A stretch of DNA of 64,000 nt from Candidatus Nomurabacteria bacterium RIFOXYB1_FULL_39_16 (GCA_001787205.1 MFWB01000008.1:101644-165643), one strand, 5' to 3'. Shown: positions 10,502 through 19,972, counted from the stretch's first letter. Made by a program: numbers and translations. The notes: generated by a model not told the origin, from the sequence alone.

Positions 10502-12643
10502 ATGCGACTCAAATCACTTCTCTTGAATGGTTTCAAATCTTTCGCCCAGAAAACTGTTTTGGAGTTTGAGAGTCCTATCGTCTCCATCGTGGGGCCGAAC
10601 GGGTCCGGCAAGTCAAATGTCGTAGAGGCTATTCGTTTCGTCTTGGGTGAACAATCCATGAAATCTATGCGCGGGAAGGGAGGTTCTGACCTCGTTTTCA
10701 AGGGGTCTAAAGACTTACCGAAAGGTTCGCGCGCGGCAGTGACTATTTATTTTAATAACACGGACAAAGTTTTCAAATTATCCAATGATGGGGGAGAAGA
10801 TATAAATTTGGATTACGACGTCATTTCTATTTCTCGCGAAGTTTATTCGGATGGATTGAATAAATATATTTTAAACGGCACCGAAGTCAGGCTCAAAGAC
10901 ATCCACAACTTGCTGTCTTCGGTTAATATCGGTTCTTCCGGACATCATATAATTTCTCAAGGTGAAGCGGATAGAATTTTGAATGCCAGCGCCAGAGACA
11001 GAAAAGAAATGGTGGAAGACGCGCTAGGATTGCGGATTTATCAATACAAAATAAAAGAATCCGAAAGAAAACTGGAAAGAACGAACGAAAATATGAAGGA
11101 AGTGGTGATGTTGAGACGAGAAAATGCTCCGCATCTTAATTTTTTGAAGAAACAAGTTGAGAAATTTGAAAAGACCAAAGAAATGCAGGTGGAATTGGGA
11201 CTTCTTTATAGGGGATATCTCAACAAAGAGAGCGTTTATCTAGAACAAGAGAAAAATAATTTATCATCCGAAAGGAATAAACTTAAAAATGAACTCGATG
11301 TTGTGGCAGGCAAGATTTCTCTCACCGAAGATAACACTTCTGTTAGCGGTAATAAGAAAATAGAAGAATTAAGAATCGTTGAACAACAAATAAATAGAGT
11401 TCGTGGAACCAAGAACGAGCTTGAGCGTAAGCTTGGGCGCATTGAAGGAATTCTGGAGTCAAGAGAAAATAAAGTTAAAATTTCCGGTAGATGTCCTTTG
11501 TGTGGAAGTGAAATAAAAGATGGAGAAGCTGGACAGATAGAAAAACAGCATAATGAAGAAAAGGAATTGGAGGAATTGAAGATTTCTCAAACCAATGTTC
11601 TTTCGGAAATCCAAAAATTGCGAGAAGAGGAGGAAAAATTGGCTCAAAATGCGGAAATTTTGAAACAAGATTTGAATAAAGAGATGGAAGCGTTGCGCGA
11701 CCTTGAAAGAGAGAAGTTTGCTTTTAAGGTCAGGCACCAGGAAATAACTTCTGCGCTTGAGCTTGTGTTTATAAAAGAAACAAATTTGAAAAATAGGAGA
11801 GAAACTTTTGAAAATGAGTTAAAAGAGGGGACAGCCTTAATAGGCGCGGATATTTTGTCCTACAAAGAGTTTAAAATAGAAGAAGGGGAAGATAATCAGA
11901 CCCAAGAAGAACTGAAGAAAAAGATTGAACGCATAAAAATAAAATTAGAGGATGCGGGACTCGGCAATGGGGCGGAGCTCTTGAAGGAGTTCAAGGAGGT
12001 TTCCGACAGGGATGACTTCCTGGCTAGAGAGATGGAGGATTTGGAGAAGAGTATCGCTTCATTACAGAAGCTCATTGTGGATTTGAAAGAAAAAATTGAT
12101 ATAGAATTCAAAGAAGGGGTGAAAAAAATAAATGTTGAGTTCCAGGAATTCTTCTCTCTGATGTTTGGCGGTGGACACGGTTCGCTCGCTGTCGTAGAAA
12201 ATAAAAAAAGAAGAAATATTAAAGACTCTGAGGAATTAGAAGGTGAAGAATTAGAATCTGGAGTTGATGAAGAAGAAGCAGTGATAGAACAGGGGATAGA
12301 GATAAATGTTTCTCTTCCGCACAAAAAGGTGAAAGAACTTCATGCTTTCTCCGGAGGAGAGAGGTCTCTCACTTCCATCGCGCTTCTGTTCGCTATGTCG
12401 CAAGTCAACCCGCCTCCTTTCCTAGTGCTAGATGAGACGGATGCCGCCCTAGATGAAGCAAATTCGCGCAAATACGGAGATATGTTGGAGAAACTATCCA
12501 AGCATTCACAGCTCATCGTCGTCACCCACAATCGTGAGACGATGTCCCGTGCCGGTATACTCTACGGTGTCACGATAGGCTCAAACGAGGCTTCCAAGCT
12601 CCTATCCGTAAAATTTGAAGAAGCTACCCAGATTGCGAAATAA
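10502..12643 (+). CDS. SMC/Rad50-family ATPase, miniaturised (713 aa) with a CxxC zinc hook at the coiled-coil apex
   Basis: SMC-type head at the N-terminus (FKSF, GPNGSGKSN, AIRFVLGEQSMKSMRG). C-terminal signature and Walker B (LSGGERSLTSIALLFAM ... FLVLDETDAALD). In the middle sits RCPLCGSEI, a Rad50/SbcC-like hook, where an SMC hinge would be. The rnc-smc synteny is conserved. Confidence 0.8.
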   Translation: MRLKSLLLNGFKSFAQKTVLEFESPIVSIVGPNGSGKSNVVEAIRFVLGEQSMKSMRGKGGSDLVFKGSKDLPKGSRAAVTIYFNNTDKVFKLSNDGGEDINLDYDVISISREVYSDGLNKYILNGTEVRLKDIHNLLSSVNIGSSGHHIISQGEADRILNASARDRKEMVEDALGLRIYQYKIKESERKLERTNENMKEVVMLRRENAPHLNFLKKQVEKFEKTKEMQVELGLLYRGYLNKESVYLEQEKNNLSSERNKLKNELDVVAGKISLTEDNTSVSGNKKIEELRIVEQQINRVRGTKNELERKLGRIEGILESRENKVKISGRCPLCGSEIKDGEAGQIEKQHNEEKELEELKISQTNVLSEIQKLREEEEKLAQNAEILKQDLNKEMEALRDLEREKFAFKVRHQEITSALELVFIKETNLKNRRETFENELKEGTALIGADILSYKEFKIEEGEDNQTQEELKKKIERIKIKLEDAGLGNGAELLKEFKEVSDRDDFLAREMEDLEKSIASLQKLIVDLKEKIDIEFKEGVKKINVEFQEFFSLMFGGGHGSLAVVENKKRRNIKDSEELEGEELESGVDEEEAVIEQGIEINVSLPHKKVKELHAFSGGERSLTSIALLFAMSQVNPPPFLVLDETDAALDEANSRKYGDMLEKLSKHSQLIVVTHNRETMSRAGILYGVTIGSNEASKLLSVKFEEATQIAK

Positions 12644-12690
12644 AATTGATTTGTGTCTTTTTTATTATAAATTTTGTATAATATTCAATA

Positions 12691-13212
12691 ATGAAAAGCA
12701 ACAATAAAAAAGGCTTTACTCTGATAGAACTATTGGTTGTTGTTGCTATTATTGGCCTTTTAGCCTCAGTTGTTATATCATCATTGAATTCGGCCAGGAA
12801 AAAGGCGCGAGATGCGCAAAGAAAGTCCGATGTTCATCAACTTGTTATCGCTTTGGAATTATATTATGACGCATATGGTGTTTATCCCACCGCAACAGGG
12901 GCGACAGCTCCCGGCGCAGCCTGGGCAAACAGCGCTGATGGTTCTTGGACAACCCTTGCTACCGCGCTAAGCCCGTTTCTCCCCAGTTTGGCTAAAGACC
13001 CGTTGCAAACCACAAACCCGAGTGTATGGGCGTATAACGGATTTGCTTATTCTTATCTTCGTTGTAGCACCAATAACTCATATATGTTCATATATCACTT
13101 GGAAGAGGCTAAAGGTCCCGATTTCGGTACTTTTTGTAATTCTACATTTTATAAATATGGCGGAGCGGGAGCAAATACTTATGTAAAGACAATAGGAGGC
13201 AAGCCTTCCTAG
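12691..13212 (+). CDS. Type IV pilin or pseudopilin (prepilin-type N-terminal methylation motif)
   Basis: KGFTLIELLVVVAIIGLLAS class III signal, with paired cysteines near the C-terminus. Paralog of the gene at 39125..39646. Confidence 0.85.
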   Translation: MKSNNKKGFTLIELLVVVAIIGLLASVVISSLNSARKKARDAQRKSDVHQLVIALELYYDAYGVYPTATGATAPGAAWANSADGSWTTLATALSPFLPSLAKDPLQTTNPSVWAYNGFAYSYLRCSTNNSYMFIYHLEEAKGPDFGTFCNSTFYKYGGAGANTYVKTIGGKPS

Positions 13213-15146
13213 ACTTCTTTATTGGGTTTTATCTCCTCTAGTTTTATCTGTTCCTCTTTACCAGGAGTTATTTTTTCCAATTGAAAAACGGAATTTAATT
13301 GTGTAGCATTTTTCCGTACTGCCATAGAACCGTCTCTGTTTAATTTTATTTCCAAAATCATTCCTTGCATTGTGGGTTTACTCCAAGATTGATCAAAAAT
13401 GAAGTTGCCGAGCGAGTAAGCGATGAAACCGTTTTTATAAATTTCCGTGTCTTCCGTGACGTGTGGGTGGTGTCCTATCACTATCTTCGCTCCGTCATCT
13501 ATGGCTTTATGCGCCAGGTACTCTTGCCTTGCATTATGCTTTTCTTTATATTCGTCGCCGAAGTGGAAAGAAACTACCAAGTAGTCTACCTGTTTGGACG
13601 CGGTAAATATTATTTCATCAAAGCGAGGATTGTTTGTTAAGAGTAGGCCGGCTTTATCAACTCCTGCTTCCATCCAGTTTGGTCCGACGTCTGAGAAAGC
13701 CAGATAGCCTATTTTCATTCCATATTTTTCAATAATAACTGGAGTTTCGGATTCTTCTTTATTCTGTCCGCCACCCGTATAGAAAATCTCGTTTTCTTTC
13801 AAGCGGGCCAAGGTGTCGGCATAGGCGAGTCTGCCCCAGTCCCCGACGTGATTGTTGGCAACCGACAAGATGCTTATTCCCGCTCCTTTTAAAGCTGGAA
13901 TCACGGAAGGATCCATCCTAAAAGAATATAAATTTTTCTGGTCAGCCCCTTGGTCAGAAGCAGGACCTTCTAAGTTTGCGAAAGCTATGTCTGCTTTTTT
14001 AAATATTTCCGACAGTTTCTTTTCTTTTTCAAAAAGCGCGGAATAGTTGCCTCCGAAATTTCTAATAACCGAACTTTCCACCCCGCGATCAAGCATAATG
14101 TCTCCCGCGAAGGCGAGCATTACGAAATTAGGGTCTTTAATGTCCGGTGTTCCGACTTTCTCCTCCACCCAGTTTGTGTTTGCGTCGGCCTTACCACCGT
14201 AATATATATTTTTTCTCAAGTACTTTAAAATACTTTCCACATCTCTCTCCCTGTCGGAGCTTCCAAGCAAGGTAATGGCGATGGGGCGGTTGCTGTTTTG
14301 TCCCAAGGGGAGGGAGAAAAGAGAGACAACTGTTTGTTTGGCGGCATCGGTATATCCGCTTTTCCCTCCGATGTAACCGTCTTTACCCAAAAATTGGCTT
14401 ATGTTTGACCAGCTGTGTTTTTTATTTGAATAGCTTTGCTTGGTTGTGATTTCAAGCAGTTCGGGTTGTTGTTTCGTAATATATCCGGTCAGTTTAAACA
14501 TATCGGCAACAGTGGATTGATTGTTGGGGGATAGTCCGCTCGGGTCTTGGTAAACAGTCTCGGACATTTTCAATTTATCTGCCTTTTGATTCATTTTAGA
14601 AATGAAATCCTCTCTGCCGAAATATAAAGCGAGCGCTTCCGCCGCGTCATTGCTTGATTCTAAGAGAAGGGGATAGATTAAGTCGGAAACTTTTATTTTT
14701 TCTCCCAGTCGCAACTCGCCGTTTTTGCCGTAGGTGGCTAACGCCTCTTTGCTTATCGTTGTCGTGTTTTCGGGTTTGGTTATTTCTGTGGTGACTACCG
14801 CGGTCATTAGTTTAGAAACGGAAGCGATCGGTAATTTCTTGTCCTGATTTTTCGCTACGATAACTTCACCGGTATCTAAATCTCCGACTAGAAATGCTCT
14901 GGCGGAAACCTTCGGCCCCACGGAGGCTTCTTTGTTGGTGTAAAAGTACTGAAATCCTTCTTCCGAGGGCGCGGTAATTTCCATCACGGAAGCTTGACCC
15001 GCTTGCGCAGATAGACGGCCTTTTGATTCTATTAAATTTCCATTTTCAAATATTGAAAACAAAAAAGACGAAAAAAGTATTCCGGCTGCTACCGAAAATA
15101 TTACAAAAAATACTAATTTAATTTTTGCTTTGGCGACTGCTTTCAT
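13209..15146 (-). CDS. Fusion protein: serine-type D-Ala-D-Ala carboxypeptidase (S11) N-terminal domain plus a CapA/PGA_cap-like metallophosphatase C-terminal domain
   Basis: Signal peptide or TM at the N-terminus. SxxK (SVSKLM), SxN (ESSNDAA) and KSG motifs mark the peptidase. The C-terminal half carries CapA-like motifs (FAGDIMLDRG, VANNHVGDWG, GHHPHVTEDTE, SLGNFIFDQ). Confidence 0.75.
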   Translation of the reverse strand: MKAVAKAKIKLVFFVIFSVAAGILFSSFLFSIFENGNLIESKGRLSAQAGQASVMEITAPSEEGFQYFYTNKEASVGPKVSARAFLVGDLDTGEVIVAKNQDKKLPIASVSKLMTAVVTTEITKPENTTTISKEALATYGKNGELRLGEKIKVSDLIYPLLLESSNDAAEALALYFGREDFISKMNQKADKLKMSETVYQDPSGLSPNNQSTVADMFKLTGYITKQQPELLEITTKQSYSNKKHSWSNISQFLGKDGYIGGKSGYTDAAKQTVVSLFSLPLGQNSNRPIAITLLGSSDRERDVESILKYLRKNIYYGGKADANTNWVEEKVGTPDIKDPNFVMLAFAGDIMLDRGVESSVIRNFGGNYSALFEKEKKLSEIFKKADIAFANLEGPASDQGADQKNLYSFRMDPSVIPALKGAGISILSVANNHVGDWGRLAYADTLARLKENEIFYTGGGQNKEESETPVIIEKYGMKIGYLAFSDVGPNWMEAGVDKAGLLLTNNPRFDEIIFTASKQVDYLVVSFHFGDEYKEKHNARQEYLAHKAIDDGAKIVIGHHPHVTEDTEIYKNGFIAYSLGNFIFDQSWSKPTMQGMILEIKLNRDGSMAVRKNATQLNSVFQLEKITPGKEEQIKLEEIKPNKEV

Positions 15147-17134
15147 ACTAAGACATAATCAATTGTTTTTCTTTCTAAATCAACCCCTCTGACTTTTATT
15201 TTAATGCGGTGCCCAAGTCTATACACCTTTTTCTTTTTTTGTCCGACTAATTCCAATTTCTTTTCATTGAAGACATAAAAGTCGTCTTCCATATCCCGCA
15301 TCCGCACGAGTCCTTCACATTTTGTCTCTATTTCCTCAACATACATACCCCACTCTGTCATTCCACTGATTACTCCGTCAAAGATTTTTCCCAAACGATG
15401 ACCCATATATTCCACTTGTTTGTATTTTATAGAAGCTCGTTCGGCGTCAGAGGCGCGTTTCTCTTGTTCGGAAGCTACCAACGCCATTTTTTCGTATTCA
15501 ACCAATCTTTCTTTTCCTATTTTTTTCTTTGCCAAGTAATTAGATAGAAGTCTGTGAATCATAATGTCGGGGTAGCGCCTGATAGGAGAGGTGAAGTGAG
15601 TGTAATACTTAAAAGCAAGTCCGTAATGCCCGATATTTTTTGTTGAATAAATAGCTTTGGCCATAGACCGAATTACCGCTCGGTTTACAGTGTCTTCTTC
15701 ATTTTTTCCCTCTATACTATTTAATAGATTGTTTATCTCATGGCTGGGAATAATTCCATCTCTGAGAGATACTTTATGCCCCAATCCTCGCAGGAAAAAT
15801 GCCAAATCAGCCATCTTTTCCTTAGAGGGCTCATCATGAACTCTGTAAATAGACACCCCCTCGTTGTCCGCCGCGCTCTTTATTCCTTTGCTGTTCTTGG
15901 GTGACAGAACCTCTGCCACTTTTTTATTAGCCAGGAGCATAAATTCTTCAATTAATTTATTTGAATCTCCTCGCTCTTTTTTTATCACTTTTATCGGCGC
16001 CCCATCCTTGTCCAAGACGAACTTCACCTCTTCTTGTTCGAGCGATATTGCGCCCTGCGCGAATCTTTCTTTGGTTAATTTTTTCGCTAGGTTGTTTAAA
16101 ATGGCGAGCTCTTTGTGAAGGGGAGAGGTGGCCTTTTTAATTGATTCTTCCGCTTCTTCATAAGTAAATCTTTTTTGCGAATGTATTACCGTGGGGCCGA
16201 ACCACTCACTCTTTACCTTGGCATTTTTATCAATTACAAAGATAGCACTCATAGTGAGTCGGTCCTTGTGGGGGACAAGACTACACAAATCATTAGAAAG
16301 AACTTCTGGGAGCATCGGTATCGTCCTGTCCACCAGATATACCGAAGTTCCGCGTTCTCTGGCTTCAGCATCGAGCGCGCTACCGGGCTTCACATAATGT
16401 GATACGTCGGCGATGTGTATGCCAACCTCGTAGAGGTCCGTCTCCCCCTGCGAAGGGGGAGTGCCCGAAGGGCGAGGGGGTCTAATTACACAAAATGAAA
16501 TAGCGTCATCAAAGTCTTTTGCATCCGAGGGGTCAATAGTGAAGGTTAAAGTCTTTCTCATATCTCGGCGTCCTTCATAATCAGCGCTCTTTATTCCGTC
16601 TTGTTTTATTTTTCTCGCTTCAAGCTCCACCTTCTCTGGGAGTTCCGAGTCAAAGCCCTTCTCTATCGCTATCGCGTGCATCTCGGCGTTGTTGTCACCC
16701 GGTCTGCCTAATATTTTTATTATTTTACCCTCCGGCGCCTTGCGAGCGTCTTTCCAAGAAACTATTTCCACGAATATTTTCTGTCCTACCTTAGCGTTGT
16801 TAAGATACTCCTTCGGAATCAGAATATCGGTGTACATTTTCGTATCGTCAGGTTTCAGGAAAAATAGTTTGTTCTCTGTTTCCAGCACTCCAGTAAAACG
16901 AGTTTTCCCGCGAGAAATAATTTTTGAAACTTCGGCTGTCTGTCGTCCGTATTTTTTCGGGTGCAAAATTATCTCCACCATATCCCCGTGCAGAGCAGTA
17001 TGGAGATGTTTGAAGTCAATTTCCGGGTCTTGCCCCTTTTCTTTTACCCCTTCAATGGCCACATATCCCGTGCCTTTTGCAGAGATAGATATAATACCTT
17101 GCAATTTGTTTACCTTTCTTCCCTTATGTTTCAT
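15143..17134 (-). CDS. rnr: Ribonuclease R (RNB family 3'-5' exoribonuclease)
   Basis: Cold-shock/S1-like N-terminus, RNB catalytic motif FTIDPSDAKDFDDAIS, C-terminal S1 domain. A GC-rich 15-aa Pro/Gly insertion sits at about 16436-16485. Confidence 0.9.
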   Translation of the reverse strand: MKHKGRKVNKLQGIISISAKGTGYVAIEGVKEKGQDPEIDFKHLHTALHGDMVEIILHPKKYGRQTAEVSKIISRGKTRFTGVLETENKLFFLKPDDTKMYTDILIPKEYLNNAKVGQKIFVEIVSWKDARKAPEGKIIKILGRPGDNNAEMHAIAIEKGFDSELPEKVELEARKIKQDGIKSADYEGRRDMRKTLTFTIDPSDAKDFDDAISFCVIRPPRPSGTPPSQGETDLYEVGIHIADVSHYVKPGSALDAEARERGTSVYLVDRTIPMLPEVLSNDLCSLVPHKDRLTMSAIFVIDKNAKVKSEWFGPTVIHSQKRFTYEEAEESIKKATSPLHKELAILNNLAKKLTKERFAQGAISLEQEEVKFVLDKDGAPIKVIKKERGDSNKLIEEFMLLANKKVAEVLSPKNSKGIKSAADNEGVSIYRVHDEPSKEKMADLAFFLRGLGHKVSLRDGIIPSHEINNLLNSIEGKNEEDTVNRAVIRSMAKAIYSTKNIGHYGLAFKYYTHFTSPIRRYPDIMIHRLLSNYLAKKKIGKERLVEYEKMALVASEQEKRASDAERASIKYKQVEYMGHRLGKIFDGVISGMTEWGMYVEEIETKCEGLVRMRDMEDDFYVFNEKKLELVGQKKKKVYRLGHRIKIKVRGVDLERKTIDYVLV

Positions 17135-17201
17135 TTCTCTTAATATAACACAAATATTGAAAATACATTGCTTTTTTAAGTTTTTATGTTAAACTCTTTC
17201 T

Positions 17202-17510
17202 ATGTTAAAAATAAGACTTCAGAGAATTGGTAGGAAGAACGACCCGTCGTTTCGGGCTGTTTTAACTGACTCAAAAAATAGCACCAAGAGCGGAAAATTC
17301 TTGGAAATTTTAGGCACCTACAATCCGAAGGCCGGAGAGAAAAATTTACTCTCGGACAGGATAAAATATTGGATGAGCAAGGGAGCAAAATGTTCAGACA
17401 CGATGCACAATTTCTTAGTGCAGGATAAAGTCATTTCTGGCAAGAAAATAAACGTTTTACCTAAAAAGAAGCCCACAGTGAAGAGGAAGGAGTTGAAAGC
17501 GAAAAAGTAA
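17202..17510 (+). CDS. rpsP: Ribosomal protein S16 with a basic C-terminal extension
   Basis: MLKIRLQRIGRKNDPSFRAV is the typical S16 N-terminus. Confidence 0.9.
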   Translation: MLKIRLQRIGRKNDPSFRAVLTDSKNSTKSGKFLEILGTYNPKAGEKNLLSDRIKYWMSKGAKCSDTMHNFLVQDKVISGKKINVLPKKKPTVKRKELKAKK

Positions 17511-17594
17511 TATCCTATAATTACAGCAAAGCAGTGTCGGTCGTAAACTGCCAAGAAAATTTTAAATTAAAAATATAAATAATTCTGAAACACC

Positions 17595-17954
17595 ATGGAA
17601 GAACATGATAAGATATTTCTAGAATATGTGGTGAAGGCTCTCGTAGATAATCCGAACGATGTGAAAATTGATCGTACGGTGGACGAGATGGGTGTGCTCA
17701 TTACTCTTACCGTCAATCCTGCCGATATGGGCAAGATCATCGGAAGAATGGGTAACACTGCGAAAGCTATCCGCACCTTGCTCCGCATCATTGGTATGAA
17801 GAACAATGCTCGCGTTAATCTGAAGATCAATGAACCTGCAGGAAGTATGAGACCGGAGAGACCTATGATAGGTTCAACCGGTAGCGGGATGGGCGCTGCT
17901 CCAGCAACTCTAAAAACAGTTGATGAAGCAATGGAAGAATTGAAAGGAATCTAG
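17595..17954 (+). CDS. KH-domain RNA-binding protein (YlqC/KhpA-like)
   Basis: GKIIGRMGNTAKAIRTLL is a KH GXXG loop. The position after rpsP is conserved. Confidence 0.75.
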   Translation: MEEHDKIFLEYVVKALVDNPNDVKIDRTVDEMGVLITLTVNPADMGKIIGRMGNTAKAIRTLLRIIGMKNNARVNLKINEPAGSMRPERPMIGSTGSGMGAAPATLKTVDEAMEELKGI

Positions 17955-18082
17955 TTTCAATAAAAAACAAGCAAAAAACACTCTCGCAAGGGGGTGTTTT
18001 TTGATTTTGACTTTTGTCGCGAAATATGATGTACTGAGAAAAGAATTCACGAGCTCTTCGAGAAAAGAGAGGGAGGTGAGAC

Positions 18083-18304
18083 GTGAGAATGGACGGATTC
18101 AAGATCCCAATCTTGAAAACCAAGGCATCTCAGCGTGTGGAGGGCCTTGAGGTGTATAACGTTCTCGGATATTACCAAGTTGGAGAAGTCCTTCTTGAGA
18201 TTGACGAGAACGATCCCGAAGTTCAGCGGATAGTATCTGAGTTCCTCGCGAAAATTCTTCCACACGTCAAAACGACCAAGCCACAGGACTTGGTCACTAG
18301 CTAG
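18083..18304 (+). CDS. Small hypothetical protein (73 aa) in GC-rich micro-island 2
   Basis: GAGGGAGG Shine-Dalgarno 8 nt before the ATG. Local GC content is far above the flanks. Confidence 0.45.
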   Translation: MRMDGFKIPILKTKASQRVEGLEVYNVLGYYQVGEVLLEIDENDPEVQRIVSEFLAKILPHVKTTKPQDLVTS

Positions 18305-18315
18305 GAGGAGTACTC

Positions 18316-18663
18316 ATGAACCAGGTCGTGAACCCTGAGTGTGATACTCGGGTCATCTATCCTGGCGTCCTTCGGGGCGACAGGATGGAACCCAAGATTG
18401 TCACTATCACCCACAAGCCGAAGCTGACGTTGTCGGGGTGTCGGAAGTGTGGCAGCTTCCGTTACCTCGTAAACGCGCAGCTCGTGTGCTGTCAGACTCA
18501 GACGTCTTGCCCAGACTGTGGATGGACGACGACGGGGTGCGCCGTGTGGGTTGGGTCTCGCGCAGGTCAACCCGTCGAAAGGTCCATCTTCTCCGTGGAG
18601 ATACCCGAGGCCCTGAAGAGGAATATCAGGGAGCGGGAAGAGCAGAAACAGAAGGAGGGGTGA
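18316..18663 (+). CDS. Small Cys-rich (zinc-ribbon-like) protein, 115 aa, in GC-rich island 2
   Basis: AGGAGG immediately upstream. CRKCG ... CC ... CPDCG ... GC cysteine cluster. Confidence 0.5.
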   Translation: MNQVVNPECDTRVIYPGVLRGDRMEPKIVTITHKPKLTLSGCRKCGSFRYLVNAQLVCCQTQTSCPDCGWTTTGCAVWVGSRAGQPVERSIFSVEIPEALKRNIREREEQKQKEG

Positions 18664-18665
18664 GG

Positions 18666-18980
18666 ATGAAGTGTCCTCATGATGGATGTGGGAGTCTTGA
18701 CCTTATCCCCAACCATAAGAACGGGGCGGTCACATGTCTTACGTGTGGGTTCACGTCCTTCCATCCCAACCCCCAGCAGGAGACGATGATGTGCGAAGCT
18801 GCCGAAGTTAGGAACTCTGGAAACCTGTCAGTGGGCGTTCCGGAAGAGCCGACCGGATACGTCGACCTCCCGCCAGGGTTCGGGGCTCTCGGGTACGACG
18901 ACCCGGGGGCCAAGGTGAAAAAGAAGGAGCCCGAACCCCCGATCTTCTACGACGATCTACCCCGCGTTCTCGCGGGGTGA
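18666..18980 (+). CDS. Small zinc-ribbon protein (about 105 aa) in GC-rich island 2
   Basis: GAAGGAGGGG Shine-Dalgarno. KCPHDGCG ... CLTCGF. The track ORF 18438..18980 is the same frame extended upstream; the ATG at 18666 has the ribosome-binding site. Downstream terminator hairpin ggccggc ... gccggcc plus T-run at about 19018-19062. Confidence 0.45.
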   Translation: MKCPHDGCGSLDLIPNHKNGAVTCLTCGFTSFHPNPQQETMMCEAAEVRNSGNLSVGVPEEPTGYVDLPPGFGALGYDDPGAKVKKKEPEPPIFYDDLPRVLAG

Positions 18981-19091
18981 CAATCAGGGCCCGAGAGAGC
19001 CCCATATAATCTCTCGCACGGCCGGCTTCGCTTTCTGAGCGTCGCCGGCCTTCCCATTTTTAATAGAAAATTTTCGTGCCATAATACATAT

Positions 19092-19763
19092 ATGCATTTT
19101 CATATAATCACAATTTTTCCCGAGATGTTTGATTCTTACTTAAAAGAATCTATTCTTGGGCGCGCAACGAGAAACAAGATAATTTCTTTCAATTTTTATA
19201 ATCCTAGAGATTTTATTAAGGCACCCAAGAACAACTATAGACCAGTAGATGATAAGCCCTACGGCGGAGGTCCGGGAATGGTCATGCGAGCCGAACCAAT
19301 TTTGAAAGCGGTAGAAGCCTCCTTAAAAAAAATTAAGGGCAAGAAAGTGTTGATTATTAATTTTATTCCTAGCGCTCCAAAATTCACTACTCCTTTCGCT
19401 AAAATATTTTCTAAAAAATATACGGATATTATTTTAATCTGTGGGAGATATGAGGGGATAGATTCGCGGGTAGAAAAAGTAATTAAAAATTTAAAATTTA
19501 AAATTATAAATTTGTCCATTGGGGATTATGTCCTGACGGGTGGGGAATTGCCAGCGATGGTTTTAGTAGACTCCATCTCTCGCCAGATTCCCGGGGTTTT
19601 GGGCAAATATGAATCCCTAGAAGAAGAACGCGTCTCAAGCAGTGAAGTTTACACTCGTCCCGAGATTTTAAAATATGGCGGGAAAAACTACAAAGTACCG
19701 AAAGTCTTACTTTCCGGCAACCATAAGAAGATAGAAGAGTGGAAAAATTTGACAAAAAAGTAA
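19092..19763 (+). CDS. trmD: tRNA (guanine37-N1)-methyltransferase
   Basis: MHFHIITIFPEMFDSYL, SPOUT knot motifs and GDYVLTGGELPAMV. Confidence 0.9.
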   Translation: MHFHIITIFPEMFDSYLKESILGRATRNKIISFNFYNPRDFIKAPKNNYRPVDDKPYGGGPGMVMRAEPILKAVEASLKKIKGKKVLIINFIPSAPKFTTPFAKIFSKKYTDIILICGRYEGIDSRVEKVIKNLKFKIINLSIGDYVLTGGELPAMVLVDSISRQIPGVLGKYESLEEERVSSSEVYTRPEILKYGGKNYKVPKVLLSGNHKKIEEWKNLTKK

Positions 19764-19972
19764 AAAAGGAGTAAGGTGTTCTGGATTCATTGATTGAGTA
19801 TCGGATGCAATCCTGTGTATATTCTGTTTTTTGTTTTGGGGTATATTAATAGGGTTTTAGCTTAATCATCTAAATAAACCAAGAAGATTTATAGAGAAGC
19901 TAGAGAAAAGCATTTTTCGTCTGTTTTTCCCTGTCATCTCTTTGTTTTTTTCTTTTATTTGGAAAAATAACT

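Noticed and set aside
18438-18980. 180-aa ORF 18438..18980 as a single protein
   Set aside because: Its 5' part overlaps the upstream 115-aa gene in another frame. The internal ATG at 18666 has a strong GGAGG site and begins a coherent zinc-ribbon protein. The shorter form is preferred.
18301-19005. Minus-strand ORFs in GC island 2 (18301..18570, 18567..18764, 18677..18913, 18808..19005)
   Set aside because: They are GC-driven open frames antisense to the SD-supported plus-strand genes. Their Arg/Pro-rich translations are typical of artefacts.
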